64,000 nt of DNA from Eledone cirrhosa. Its lineage: Eukaryota. The DNA lies in assembly GCA_964016885.1 (NCBI GenBank), contig OZ024741.1:394320001-394384000 (forward strand), written 5' to 3'. Numbering within the stretch: the stretch's first letter is position 1; every line of letters begins with the position of its first letter. Positions 1 to 12,710 of this stretch are shown here, one piece after another. A model generated the notes under the pieces. That model was given only the letters and a program-made list of their open reading frames with translations, ran no database searches and had not been told where the DNA came from. The position numbers and the translations under genes are program-made.

Positions 1-1253
1 GCCATTTCTGCTGCTGGTGGTGTTGATGGTTGAGTCACTGGGGTGGGTAAGAGAGGTGGCCTCAACCTTTTAGCCTGAGGGCAGAAATCCCTTAGGTGGG
101 TTCCTTCACCACAAACGACACACCTAGGCCTTCTGCCCTCGACGATTACGGTGAGGTGGCTGCTGTCAGTGAGGTCTATTACCTCTGGGATCTCCTCAAT
201 GCTTTTTTGGTCCGCTTGGATCAAGAGCTCCATCCCAGATCCGGACCAGTTCTCCTGCTTTTCTTTCGCTATTTCGATTATCTTGGTGTTGGCTTCGATG
301 CCGGCGAGGACGGCAGCTATTAGCCAGGGAATTTCGATGGCCGGTGGAACGTGGGTCACCCTGATCTTCACGAGTGTGAAGTCGTCACTTCTTAATGGGG
401 CCATGGGGTGTTCTCTGGCCTCCATATTTCTGCCCACGTCTGATTGCCCACACATATCCCAAAGCTTTTTGGATTTGGGACTCGGATGCCCGTTCCACTC
501 GGCGCGATTTTATGCTAATCGTCCGATAAGACACGGTGCACAGGCGCCGATACTCCATTTTATTAGGTGTGGGGGGTGGCTGACCCTGTACCCATCTTTC
601 TTTACCATTTTTTGGGCTTCTTCTAATTCCTCCTGAGTTACCTGGAATGCTTCGCACTGTTTTGCTACTCTGGCAAAACTCAGGGTGGTTTTCTTAATTT
701 CATTGTTGCTGTTATCGTTATTTTTGTTATTGTTAATTTTAGTTTCAGTTGTGGTGGTGGTGGCGTCAGTGGTGTTCGGTGTGGAAGAGTTCATTTAGAT
801 ATCACGAACTAATTTATTTTTTTCTTTTGTTTCTGTTGTCGGTGTTGTGGTGGTGGTGGGGATGACTGCAGCACCTGCAGTCATTGGTAATGGCGGGAAA
901 TGAATGTCTGCCTGAGACAAATTTAAAATATTGCTACTGCTTATATTTTTAGTGTTGGCAAACGTAGTAATATTTACAATGGTGGTGTCGGTGTGAGGTG
1001 TTAGTTTGTGAGGAAGGTGTGACACTGAGTCGTCCATGATTTTTCAAAGAAAAATCTTTGTTTGATAATTATAAAAGTTTAAATTTTGGGGGCTCAAAGC
1101 CCCAATCTTTTTGAGTGTCCTTTTCAGAAAACAATGTATGTGCACTTATATACAGTTAACAATAAAAATTTTCCATAAATGGCAATTTTAAACAACTGAA
1201 AATAACAAACCTTTGCCGAGCTCACGATAATACGACTTACTACATAGGTCGCC
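1..1253 (-). mobile_element. Tx1/L1-clade LINE copy A: 5' UTR and stop-interrupted ORF1 (runs off the window start)
   Basis: ORF1 pieces (1037-795, 794-510 and onward) resemble ORF1 of copy B (SFARVAK, ERASESQIQKALGYVWA). Gag knuckle CVVCGEGTHLRDFC at about 79-123. The 5' end abuts (AAT)n at 1254-1283 and shares AGTAAGTCG with the copy B 5' end. Confidence 0.85.
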
Positions 1254-1283
1254 AATAATAATAATAATAATAATAATAATAAT

Positions 1284-1383
1284 TGCTTCTACGTTTGGCA
1301 CAAGGCCAGCAATTACCCAGTGCATTACTGGTACTTTATTTTATCGACCCCGTAAGGATGAAAGGCAAAGTTAACCTCGGCGG
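1284..1383 (-). mobile_element. 5'-truncated tRNA-derived SINE with (ATT)n tail
   Basis: Reverse complement CCGCCGAGGTTAACTTTGCCTTTCATCCTTACGGGGTCGATAAAATAAAGTACCAGTAATGCACTGGG...GGCCTTGTGCC nearly matches the SINE at 47477-47632. Confidence 0.85.
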
Positions 1384-1649
1384 TTTCTGATATAGGCACA
1401 AGGGCTAACACGAATAAAAACATTAGAGACCGCACAGAACGGTACGGGACGATACAAAGTGGGTTTGGGTCGTGTAAACAGGTTATAACAAGATAGAAAT
1501 GTGTAAAAACTAATGAAAAAAATTCAAACTACAAACGTTCCCCAAAAAGGAGGAAACCTTCGAGGGTCACTCGTGGTGAAAACCACACAAAAGACCACAG
1601 CCACCCTGACCACCAGGGCAAGCACCCTCTCTCAGTTTTCCCACTCAGT

Positions 1650-4600
1650 CTACAGTCGCATACTAAGAGCGGGCCAGTTCATTCGGATCAGATTCGCCAC
1701 TTTCACCAACCTTTCAACAAACTTACTAGAAGACAGCACTTGCCACTCCACCCTGATTTTCGAATCCATCCTACACGCGACAGCAACTGTTCGACATAGC
1801 CCCACAAGTCAGCAATCCTCGGACACTGAACGAGTGCGTGTAGGACGGTTTCGCTGCCCTGCGCGCATCTCGGACAGGCTTGGCTGACAGACATCGGTGC
1901 CTATAGAGCTTATTCCGAACCGGCAACGCTCCCCGGTAGTACTGCCAGGACAGGGTTTTCTGGAAGTTGTCCATAAGTCCCGGGCTGAAAGTTCTCTCGA
2001 AGAGAGCGAACAACTGATCGTCTTCAACGCCCAAGGTCTCCCCGAGAACGTCGGCGCTCTTCCCCTCCACTATTCCTCTATAGAACGTCAAGGTGGATGT
2101 TTCACCGATACTAGTGCCGAGCTGGTGGTGAGCGCTTGGAGACATTCCAGCTTCCAAGCGCTTTTCCTGATCCAGGACTGCAGCTCCGTCAAGGAGACGA
2201 GCTGGGGTAAAGCGCGTCTGGCAAACAGCGACCACACCTGTTCACCGTCAAGCAAGCACCAGAAATGTCGCAGACTCAGCGCATGTTTGCGCATCATCAG
2301 CCACGGCATACCCAGTCATCCACGCAACGGATGCTGACAGCAGATGGATCGTCTGACTATGGGAGCACATCCCTTCCACAAAAAGCGGAAGAGAAGGTGT
2401 TCCGTTTTGGTCAGAGTTGAGTGCGGGCAAGATACGACGCTCAGGCGGAAGCAGGTGACGGGCGCGATGTACGAATTCGCCACCTCCACCCGACCTTTCA
2501 GAGACAGCCTCCACTCGGCCCATTTCTGGGTGAGAGAGGCTACCCTGCTCGTCACCTTACTCCAGTTTTTCTCCATCTGGAGGTCCGGCCCGAACCAGAC
2601 CCCGAGCAATTAAACCGGTCCTTCCGTCCAGCGCCCCGCGGTGCTGTCGGACGGCATGGACTTGCCTCTCCAGGTGCCGAGTTGCAAGCCCACCAACTTT
2701 TCCTGGTTAATCTTTGCGACTGTCACTGCTTCGTATTCCTTGAGGGCAGTGCCGACAGTGCCGAGCATCTGGGCGTGTTCGGTGCTCGACACCACCACGG
2801 TGACGTCGTCGGCGTAAGCTGACACAGATCTCCCGCATCCCAATTCGCGTGGGACGCCTCTCATCGTCTCGAATTTGTGCAGTAACGGCTCGAAGGACAG
2901 TACGTACAAGAGGGACGAGAGGGGGAACCCTGGCGGACCGAGCGCATGATGCTGAAAGGCTGCGACAGGTGACCATTCACCCTCACAATCGAGCACATAT
3001 CGCTGTGCATTGCAGCGATCCAGCCCCTAAAAACGGACCCGAACCCGGCCTCCTCGAGGACCGACCCTATCAAATGCCTTAGATTGATCCAAGTTGATCA
3101 AGGTCCCACCGATACCAGGTTCCTTAACCACCCTCTCTATGATGTATCGCATGAGATGGAGGTTGTCGGGGATGGATCTGTCCGGAATGGCTCATGTCTA
3201 CACCTCCCCCACCAGATCACCGACGATAAGCGCCAATCTCGTTGCTAACACCTTGGCCAAAATCTTAAACTATGCGTTTAACAGAGTTATGGGCCTGAAG
3301 TTTTCTATAACGTCCCCCTCTTTTCTCAGCAGCGCCACCGCTCCCCGGATCACAAAACTGGGAATGCTCCCGTTCTGCTGCCAGTTGCAGTAGACGTCTG
3401 CCAAGAGGTCGCCGAACAAGTCTGGCATGTACGCATAAAGCTCGTAGGGCAGACCATCCAAACCTGGCGATTTACCCCTCGTGCAGTCAGACGTCGCTTC
3501 CCGTATTTCACCTGCTGTTATCGACTTTTCGCAGCACTGCGCTACGGTCGTCGAGAGCTGCGGCAGTCCGTCGAGATATGCACCGAAGTCCATACTCCGA
3601 ACCGGCCCGCCGCCGCTCCCGAACACATCTGCTCGGGTTCGAGCAACATACGTCCGTTTTCATCAGGCCCATTGAACGGCTTTCGTCCCCTCATGTCCTA
3701 GAGCACGCGCTCTAGCTCTGACAACACAGCCTTCATGCTTTGCGTTGAAGAATTGGTCGAGTGCCAATCTTGCCGCAAACACATCGGTTGCGATGCCTGT
3801 CCTAAAAGCCTCTTTTAGCTTTCTAACTAACTCTCCCTCTACTCTATTTTCCTCTATCTTTACTCCTTTGCTAAACCTTATCGATCTACTCTAATAGCTC
3901 TTTTCAGGGTAAACCACCCCTGTTCTTGACGATCGCACCCGTCAACGCATGCTTAACTAATTCGCTAATCTGCTCTCTGTAAGCTTTACGCGCCGGGAAC
4001 GACGCGTTCAGCTTCCAGTAGCCGAGTCCTTGCATATGGAGTCTACACTAACCTTATCTGTTTCCCTACAGAATACCCTATCTAAATACGATCTGGATGA
4101 CCCGATGCGGTTTGCCCATGTCTGCATTGGCACATTCTGATAATTCAGTCTATACCTGTTAGACAATTCAAAACGTTTGAGCAGGTTGTTGGGGCTTTTA
4201 CACCCTCCTGCCCTGTCTACTAGCCCCACATAATCTCAGCGTGCATCTAAGATACCGTTCCAGTCGCCCACTAACACTAAAGAGCGGGACGTTCCAAGAA
4301 AGGTCTTTAGACGTCTGAAGAAATCAGGCCGTCCTGCCCCTGTTGGGGCGCAGAGGGCTACTAGCCTGAAAGCATTGCCTTCGCTGCCGATCACGTCCAA
4401 CACCACCGACTTACCTTCTGGGTCCAGGAAGATGGCCCGTATGGCGAGATCCAAGCCCGAAAAGGCACGGCACCCCCCACCCCCTGATCCTGGATGGCTG
4501 GGAGATGCGTATACATCGTAGCCGCCGAAGATCGGTGCAAGGGCTCATGCTTCGGAGATTCTGTTCTCGCTGATGGCCACCACATCTATGTTTAGTGACC

Positions 4601-4682
4601 TGAGGTCGTTGAGCGGGTGACCCTGCTTCCAAGATGATCCCAGGCCACGTACATTTATATTGCCTATTCTAAGTACGGCCAT
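1650..4682 (-). pseudogene. LINE ORF2 (APE endonuclease, reverse transcriptase, C-terminal Zn motif), frameshifted
   Basis: Motifs GDWNGILD, SYLDRVF, KSPGLDG, FRPITLLN, AYADD, CPRCAQ..ETVLHAL are spread over several frames. ATG at 4682 in context CCAACATGGC. Confidence 0.9.
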
Positions 4683-4718
4683 GTTGGATGAGAAATGGGG
4701 TAAGTGAGAAAGGATCAC

Positions 4719-6399
4719 TTACCTTGATCCTGGTCATGGGTGTTTCCAAGAGGATGTCGGTGTATATCTTCTTGGCAACCGTCCATCTGAAGTCTCCAAC
4801 TGCGTTGGGGAATTTTTCTTTTTAAAATTTGTAATGTTCTATTTTGATTTCAATGATGTTTATGTTTTTCGGGAGAGCTCTTGGTGTTGGCGGGTTGTAG
4901 TAATCTTTTTCTGTAATGGCTGTGTGCTGCTTTATATGTTGTAAGAGTTCTTTATTTGCCATGTTTATGGCTTTTACTTTTTGGGGGGAGGGGGGATTTT
5001 GTTGCTGTTTTCTTATTGTTGCTGTTGGGTGTGTGTGTTTTGTTGTATTTGCGATGTTGGTGTTTTTGGTGATGCTGGTGGTGGTGTGGTTGTTGTTGGT
5101 GGTGATTCTTGTGGTGGTGATGGTGATGGTGGAGGTGTTGCTGCAAGTCTCCTTGCAGCCTTTACCCCTCTTTGTTTGCCTTCGCTTTTGGAGGGGTTTT
5201 TCCTTTTTTTGTTTTTTGTGGCAGACCGTTTGCCACTTCCCTCCCGCCTCATACTCCATGTCGGATTCCATGACGTCTGGGAAGAGTATGAGCTCCACTG
5301 CTGTTGGTGGTGGTAGTGGAGCCCGCTCCGGCGATTTTGCCGCCGGTGTAGCTACTGCAACTGTTGGTGTTGCCACCACTGCTTCCGCTGCTTTAGTTGT
5401 CCGTGGCCTTGGTATGGGTGCCGCGGACGTTTCCCGCCTACTCACCATGGAAGGGTCTTCTGCCTCTGTTGCCTGCCCTGCTCTTGGTAGCAGCGGATCA
5501 GGCGTCGGAAGGAGCAGGGCCCTCTTCTTGGCTGTCTGCTGCGAGCATAAGACTCTGAGGTGACCCTTCTGGCCAAAGAGCTAGCACTTTGGGCGCCTTC
5601 CTTCCACGCTTATAGGGAGTTGGAGTCCTTCTTCGAGGTTAATGATGTATGGGATGGCCTCGATGCACTCCTGGTCAGTCTGTATTAGCATTTGCATGCC
5701 TATTCCTGACCAGTTCTCTCTTCCCATTCTCTGTATTTGCAGTATGGTGGTCTTCTCCTCGATTCCAGCCAGTACAGACGCGACCAGCCAAGGTATGGGC
5801 ACGTCGGGCGGGACCTGGGTCACTTTGACCCTCACAATTTTCTTCCCGCAGTAGGAGGGCACCAAAACTATCTCCTCACTCTTTAGGGTTTCCTCCAGAG
5901 AGTGAGATTTCGCCTCTTGAGGGGTGGCGAAAAGTACGTCTACTGTGGCGTACTTTTTGCTTCGGGTGATCTGGGTTTTGCGCGCCCAGACGCACCCCAA
6001 GGATTTTTGGATTTGAGCCTCCGTGGCTCTCTCCACCCGATGTGACATTTTGCTTACGGTGCGGTAAGTCACCGTGTGCAGCTGCTGGTCTTTGAAGATA
6101 TCGGGTGGAGGTTTCAGGGAAACTCTATTGTCGTTTCTTGTCACCATGGCCCTTGCGACCGTCATCTCCTCCTCCGTGACTAACACTGTCTCTATTTTTC
6201 GAGCCACATCTGCGAAAGAAGTGGCCCCTTTTTCAGCGGCACCATTATTGCTGCCGCTACTGCTGCTAGTGGTGTTGTTGGTGTTGTTGCTGTTGCTACT
6301 GCGACAAACTGTGTTGTTGGTATTGTTGCTGTTATCACTGTTGTAGTTGGTTGTGTTTTGGGTGCCACCGTTGTTGTTGGGGGGGGGGGGCTCAGCCAT
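4719..6399 (-). pseudogene. LINE ORF1 (putative RRM-like domain, degenerate gag knuckle, low-complexity C-terminus) with in-frame stops
   Basis: ORF 6399-5581 ends SVEGRRPKC* and continues in frame as LFGQKGHLRVLC. A further stop lies at 4822-4824 and the terminal TAA at 4719-4721. Confidence 0.85.
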
Positions 6400-6610
6400 G
6401 TTTTTTTGTTTTTTTTTAAAGTTAAATGTTCAAATATTAATCAAATATTTCGGCCAAAAGGCCCAAATATTATATTTTCCTCTTCACAGGGCAAAGTTCA
6501 AGGGCTTATATCCCTTACACAACAAGAACAATTAAACAACAAATAATTATAACAGGTAAATAAAGCGACTTACTGGGAGTGAGCAAAATAATAATAATAA
6601 TAATAATAAT

Positions 6611-8945
6611 GGTTTCTTTATTGGCCACAAGGGCTAACATGAAGAAAAACATTACAGACGGCACAGAATGGTACAGGACGATAGGAAGTGGGTTTTGGCT
6701 GTGTAAAAAAAGGTTATAACAAGAAGATAGAAATATCAAAAGAATTCAAACAACAAAAATTCCCCAATAGGGAGGAAACTTCCGAGGTTCATTCGTGGCG
6801 ATAACCACACAAAAAGATCACGGCCACTCTGACCACCAGGGCAAGCGCCCTCTCTCAGTTTTCCACTCCTCAGTCTACAGGCGCATACTCAGAGCGGGCC
6901 CGTTCACTCGGACCAGACTCGCCACTTTCACCCACCTTTCAACACACTAGAAGACAGCACTTGTCTCTCCACCCTGATTTTCCTCTTCAAGTGAAATTTG
7001 AAAAAGTTAATCAGGGATTCCTTTCAACCTTGTCCACCATACAATCTCTTTCGCCATGGCCACCAGGCAGATGAAAACTGCCTGCCCTTCCTCCTCCTTA
7101 AAGGAGGACGGCGGGGCTATCTGCACAATGGACTCAGTCGATAACCGGATCCATCCTACACGTGACAGCAAATGTTCGACATAGCTCCACAAGTCAGCAA
7201 TGGTAGGACACTGAACGAGTGCGTGCACAGCAGTTCCGTCAATGTGTGCGCATTTCGGACAGGTACCGTGCTTGTTGAGCTTATCTCGAACTGGCAATGC
7301 TCCCCGGTAGCACTGCCAGGACAGGGATTTCTGGAAATTGTCCATAGGTCCCGGGCTGAAAGTTCTCTTGAAGAGGGCGAACAGCTTATCGTCTTCGACG
7401 CCCAGGGTCTACCCAAGAATGTCGTCACTCTTCCGCTCCACTAGTCCTCTATAGAACGTCGAGGTGGATGTTACACCGATACTAGTGCCCAGCTGGTAGA
7501 AGGCTGTGAGCGCTTGGAGACATTCCAGCTTCCAAGCGCTATCCCTCGGTCTTTTCCTGATCCAGGACTGCAGCTCCGTTAATGAGACGAGCTGAGGAAA
7601 AACACGTCCGGCAAACGGTGACCACACCTGTTCACCGTCAAGGAAGCACCAGAGATGTCGCAGCCTCAACGCGTGTTTGCGCATCATCAGTCACGGCATG
7701 CCCAGCCCTCCACGCAACGGGTGTTGACAGCAGATGGATCGTCTGATCATGGGAGCACTTCCCTTCCATAAAAAGCGGAAGAGAAGGCGCTCCATTTTTG
7801 TCAGGGTTGGGCCGGGGCAAAGCAGATGACGGATGCGATAAAAGCATTCGCCACCTCTGCCCGGCCTTTCAGGGACAGCTTCCTCTGGGCCCATTTCTGG
7901 GTGAGAAAGGCCACCCTGTTCGTCACCTCGCTCCAGTTTTTCTCACTCTGCTGGTCCGGACCGAACCAGACCCCAAGCAATTTAACCGGTCTTTCCGTCC
8001 AGCACGCCACGACGCTGTCGGGCGGCATGGACTTGCCACTCCAGGTGCCGAGCTGCAAGCTCACCGACTTTTCCTGGTTTAACTTTGCTTCTGTCACTGC
8101 TTCATATTCCTTGAGAGCGGTGCCAAGCTTCTGGACATGTCCGGTGCTTGACACCACCACGGATCTCCCACATCCCAGTTCGCATGGGACGTCTCTCATC
8201 GCCTCCAATTTGTGCAGTAACGGCTCTAGAGCCAATACATACACGAGAGGGGACAACCTTGACGGACCGAGCGCATGATGCTGAAGAGCTGTGACAGATG
8301 ACCGTTCACCTTCACAACTGACCATATGTCGCTGTGCATCTCAAAATGGGCCCGAAACCAGCCGCCTCGAGGACCGCCGCCACGTACCGATGGTCGACGC
8401 TATCAAAAGCCTTAGATTGAACCAAGTTGATCAGGGCCACCCGTGCCAGGTTCCTTAACCACCCTTTCTATGATGTATTGCATGAGGTGGAGGTTGTCGT
8501 GGATGGATCTGTCTGGAATGGCGCATGTCTGCACCTCTCCTACCAGATTACCGACGACAAGCGCCAATCTCATTGCTAACACCTTGGCCAAAATCTTGAA
8601 ATCTGTGTTTAACAGAGTTATGGGCCTGAAGTTGTCTATAACGTCCCCCTTGTTTGGGTCTTTTCTCAACAGCGCCACCGCTTCCCGGATCACAAAACTG
8701 TGAATGCTCCCGTTCTGCTGCCAGTTGCAGTAGACGTCCGCCAAGAGGTCGCCGAACAAGTCTGGCATGTACGCATAAAGCTCGTGGGGCAGACCATCCA
8801 AACCTGGCGATTTACCCTTCGTGCAGTCAGACATCGCTTCCCGTATTTCACCTGCTGTTATCGACTTTTTGCAATACTGCACTGTGGTTGTCGGGACCTG
8901 CGGCAGTTCCTCGAGGTATGCACTAAAGTTCATACTCCGATCTGG
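6611..8945 (-). mobile_element. Tx1/L1-clade LINE copy C, 5'-truncated ORF2 and 3' UTR ending in (ATT)n
   Basis: RT motifs KSPGLDG and FRPITLLNTDFKILAK. Very similar to copy B. The 3' end GCCCTTGTGGCCAATAAAGAAACC is followed by (ATT)n at 6587-6610. Confidence 0.9.
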
Positions 8946-9207
8946 AAAGTGATCCACTGGCACTAGTGCAAATTGAACGATTCACCTCATGCTGAGAGGT
9001 GTATATGTGCATAAGTATATTTGTTCTTCTGTGGTTATGTATATTTGTTCTCTCTCTCTATATATATTATTTTTTCAAGGAAGTACGAAACATAGCTTTT
9101 TGTACTAGGTATTATAAAAAATTTACCGTATTTTGAGCTGTTTTAACTTCTCCACCTACTTCTTTCCAGTTTTGATATTGTTTTTTTTCATCCATACACA
9201 CACACAG

Positions 9208-9209
<2 letters not shown>

Positions 9210-9300
<91 letters not shown>
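9210..9300. repeat. (CA)n microsatellite
   Basis: Direct reading. Confidence 0.95.
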
Positions 9301-9303
<3 letters not shown>

Positions 9304-9407
9304 TTATAAGAGATGTCAACATGAATGGACCTATTATTTTTATCTAAAGACATTTTTTTCCAATTCCATCCCGCCCGTCCCCTTAATCTATTTTATTTCT
9401 CATTCTT

Positions 9408-9443
9408 TCTTCTGATGAAGGACTAGCGTCCGAAACGTTAAGA
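9408..9443 (+). ncRNA. Minimal type I hammerhead ribozyme motif in a PLE 3'-end fragment
   Basis: TCTT-CTGATGA-a-GGAC tagc GTCC-GAAA-CG-TT-AAGA gives stems I and II, both core boxes and a palindromic CG stem III. Confidence 0.8.
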
Positions 9444-9639
9444 CCCTCTTCCTGCTATATCAAGCGTTAACCTAATATATACCTTCCATATACTGTACCG
9501 ATTGTGTTGTTATTTCTGTTTACCTTTTACATACATATATATATATAAATCCATACATACGCACTAATTTCCTAAATATCGTGTACTTAGCTGAACAGTC
9601 TTACTCGTCTAAACTATTAATTCTCAATCTCTCTCTCCT

Positions 9640-10498
<859 letters not shown>

Positions 10499-10794
10499 CG
10501 CCACTTAATGGATATAATGAGGTATTACGTATATGGTATCAAGCAAAGTATCAATATTATGAATATCTGCTTCTGCTGCTTTCTGTCTAACGTGTGGAAT
10601 ATCGCCGGTAAGTTTTTTGTTAATTTCTATGCAAAAAACCGATCTAATTGTTTGAAAAAAATACAACACTTTGTAGATTAACCCCCAAGCTGAATTGTCA
10701 GCTGGGTGGTAATCCCATTTTTCGCCCCCGTAGGGGCGAAAATTTTATTTAAAAGTTTGTCTTAAAATATCCAATTTTACAAAGTAAAAAAAAC

Positions 10795-12669
10795 TTGAGC
10801 AACACTAGAACGCTGGAGAACGTTAATAGTGAAAAGAGAGAGAAAGAGGCAGATATTAACGTTATATCTGCTTCTGCTGCTATGGACGTTGCCATAGATA
10901 CTGTCACAAAAGAAAAAAATATATCAACATTTGAAAATGTTACAATTTCTACCGCCGAAGCGGAGAAAAATGACAATAACACACGGGAAAACACGGCAAA
11001 AAAACCCATTGACATACATACACATGAAAAAGACATCAACAACTCTACAGATACATCTACACATAAAATTTCCAACAACGATAACATCATTATTAACAAC
11101 AACATCACACAAAAAAAGGAAATGTCTTTTGCTGACACAGTCAACAAGAAACAAGATTTTATAAATCTTGATATCTCCAACGCAAGAGATATGCTCCAGC
11201 AAGGGAGAAAATTTGTAACTTTCGAAGAAAGAGGTGGGTTTAGAATTAACTCACCCCTTGAAATAAAGGAAGACACAAACCGCTGATCAGTCACTTTTAG
11301 GACTGTGTCAAATTCGTCAAGAAAACCGACATTTGTTAATCAGTCAGATATAGAAGATTCTTTCAAGGAGATTCTAGCAAATGTCGATTTTCTCCAGCGA
11401 GGAAAACAGTACGGAAGCGTTTCCGTACTGTTTAAAAGCGAGACACTGGCCCAAAAAAACTCTGTGACACCAATAGTGTCAAAAGCATACACCTTTTTCC
11501 CTACATACATGGGGAAAAGGACACAAAAAATAAAAATAAAAAACATACCTCCAAGCATTAACATCTGGTGGATCTTGGCTGGCTTCGTAGAGCCAGAAAC
11601 AGACATAATACTTTCGATACGAAAATCCATTCGACAAAGGTGGGCGGGCACCGATTTGGAGATTCTGTTGCAAATGAAACCGGAGAGAATCTCCAAAATA
11701 CCCGAAAGAGTCGTTATTGATAATAACAACAAAATAAACATTTCGGTAGAAGGAAGAAAATTTCACTGCTTTCGCTGTGGTAGCACATCTCACCTAAAAG
11801 CCTCTTGTCCACAAACACACAACAGCAACATCATAAAAAAAACGCTATTACCAACACCAACACCAAAACAACCACCACCACCACAAGTACAACGACAGAC
11901 GAAACGAGCAACCACACCAAAACAAACAGACACTCAACCAACAACAACAGAAAAAACAGAGACAACACCCCTGAAGAACACATCCCCACTCCATCCCACT
12001 CCATCAAACACTACCACAAACACACATACCGAAACACCACCACCACCACACAACATACCCTTACCCCACACACCTGACGATGATTATTCATCGACGGATG
12101 AAGCTGCTTCTCCTTCTTTAAGTGAAGAAGAGGGAGAACCGCGGAAATCCAAAAAACAAAAAAAGAGACACCACAAAACCCCCAAAACTCCAATCACCAA
12201 CACCAACACACAACCACAGACACGAACAACAACACAAACAACACCACAGTCAAACACCCCCCTATCAGCAAAACCAGCACCAACACCACCCCAAACACAA
12301 GCACCCACCATAAAAAGAAAACTCCCAGATGAACAACAAACTAAAACAATACAACAAAAACACAAACAACAATACGCATACATCAACACAAACAACAAGA
12401 GTTTGATGGAGGTCATCTCCCAAAACCCCAAGGTGGAGACGGAGGGCAAAACTTTCGTCAAGGCAGAATCGTCTCCACACCTTAAACTTATAAGGGTTTC
12501 TATGGAAACCTATAAAGACCTGAAAATTAAATTTTCACAGGACGTGGGCAACCCCTGCCACAAACCCATCAACCGCGTCCTTTTGAAAGGTTTCCCCACC
12601 CCACCCAACACCCCATCCAGCACCCAAATGGAGATTGAACAACCCGATCTCCAGGAAACGAAAAGGTAA
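10795..12669 (+). pseudogene. LINE ORF1 with CCHC gag knuckle, one in-frame TGA at 11284-11286
   Basis: ORFs 10795-11286 and 11305-12669 are in the same frame. Knuckle CFRCGSTSHLKASC. The start is TTG 10795 (position equivalent to the ATG of copies A and B) or ATG 10882. Confidence 0.85.
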
Positions 12670-12710
12670 GTGCACCTTTCGTCCTTTTTCTCCAACTTTT
12701 CTTCACCAAC

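Larger units (their letters stand above)
1384..6586 (-). mobile_element. Tx1/L1-clade LINE copy B, near full-length, decayed
   Basis: Contains 5' UTR, ORF1, ORF2 and 3' UTR. ORF2 fragments align with the intact ORF2 at 12711-16157. Confidence 0.92.

Noticed and set aside
11284-11286. In-frame TGA in LINE ORF1 as programmed readthrough or selenocysteine
   Set aside because: Copies A and B have sense codons at the equivalent position, the context TGA-T is not a typical leaky one, and I see no SECIS. A private nonsense mutation is simpler.
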